Assembly: GCA_030141605.1 (NCBI GenBank)
Contig: JAQGDQ010000266.1
Coordinates: 62,001-126,000 of the forward strand
DNA from: Tubiluchus corallicola
Taxonomy: Eukaryota > Animalia > Priapulida
Reading direction: 5' to 3'
DNA length: 64,000 nucleotides
Shown: piece after piece, positions 63,561 through 64,000 of the stretch
Layout: the number at the start of each line of letters is the position of its first letter
How positions within the stretch are numbered: position 1 is the stretch's first letter
Translations under genes and position numbers: made by a program
The notes under the pieces: model-generated
The model's database searches: none
Seen by the model: only the letters and a program-made list of their open reading frames with translations
Told to the model about the DNA's origin: nothing

Positions 63561-64000
63561 CTCATCATTATGTATTTTTATAAGTAAACTGTTATAACGT
63601 GTACCTTGCTACAAAAGTTGTATTTATTATACTTACCCTCGTGACAATAGCCTTTGGAGCTTCTGTTGAAAGGTCGACACGCAGTTAAGAAGCATGTACT
63701 TTTTGCATTCAAGTTCGAATCCCAGTTTGTTTTTTGACTTTTAAGTGTTGTACCAGCCAGCTACCATCATTAAGAAAGAATTACAAACAAGCACTACAAA
63801 GAAAGGGCGCATATTGTTGATCATTAGTGCACTGGTCTAATAATATTTGCCATTTTACACGTTTCTACTTGATTTGCAGTCCTTGCTAGTTTGATACAAA
63901 AAGATGTCACATAAAACATTTACTGTCCCAGAAACGTAACCTTGCCAGTGTGTTATTATATGATGTAATGTTTGTGCCGACATTGTTATTTGGGTTGTTT

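Overview
AT-rich, repeat-dense animal (metazoan) genomic DNA. It has spliceosomal GT-AG introns and TTAGGG repeats, and the species cannot be determined from the sequence. Two minus-strand host genes were reconstructed by hand. The first is a complete 7-exon S1A serine protease (333 aa) with a signal peptide, R|IVGG, an intact H/D/S triad and a GPI-like tail (670-9458). The second is the last three coding exons of a modular LRR protein with a GPI-like tail (13376-18977). The rest is mostly mobile DNA: a near-intact CR1/L2-group LINE (19.4-23.7 kb), several decayed LINEs, a truncated Gypsy element with one LTR, an LTR+PBS fragment, a 5S-rRNA-headed SINE with a TSD, hAT MITEs, a Tc1/mariner relic, a long-TIR foldback element and many minisatellites. 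The two most striking observations are (i) the LINE's single ORF starts with about 300 aa of hydrophobic, multi-TM-like sequence joined to APE-RT by a 2A-like GIETNPGP motif, and (ii) six head-to-tail 114-bp units, each a GT...AG mini-intron, start exactly at an LRR exon donor. All alignments were done by eye and no database searches were run.
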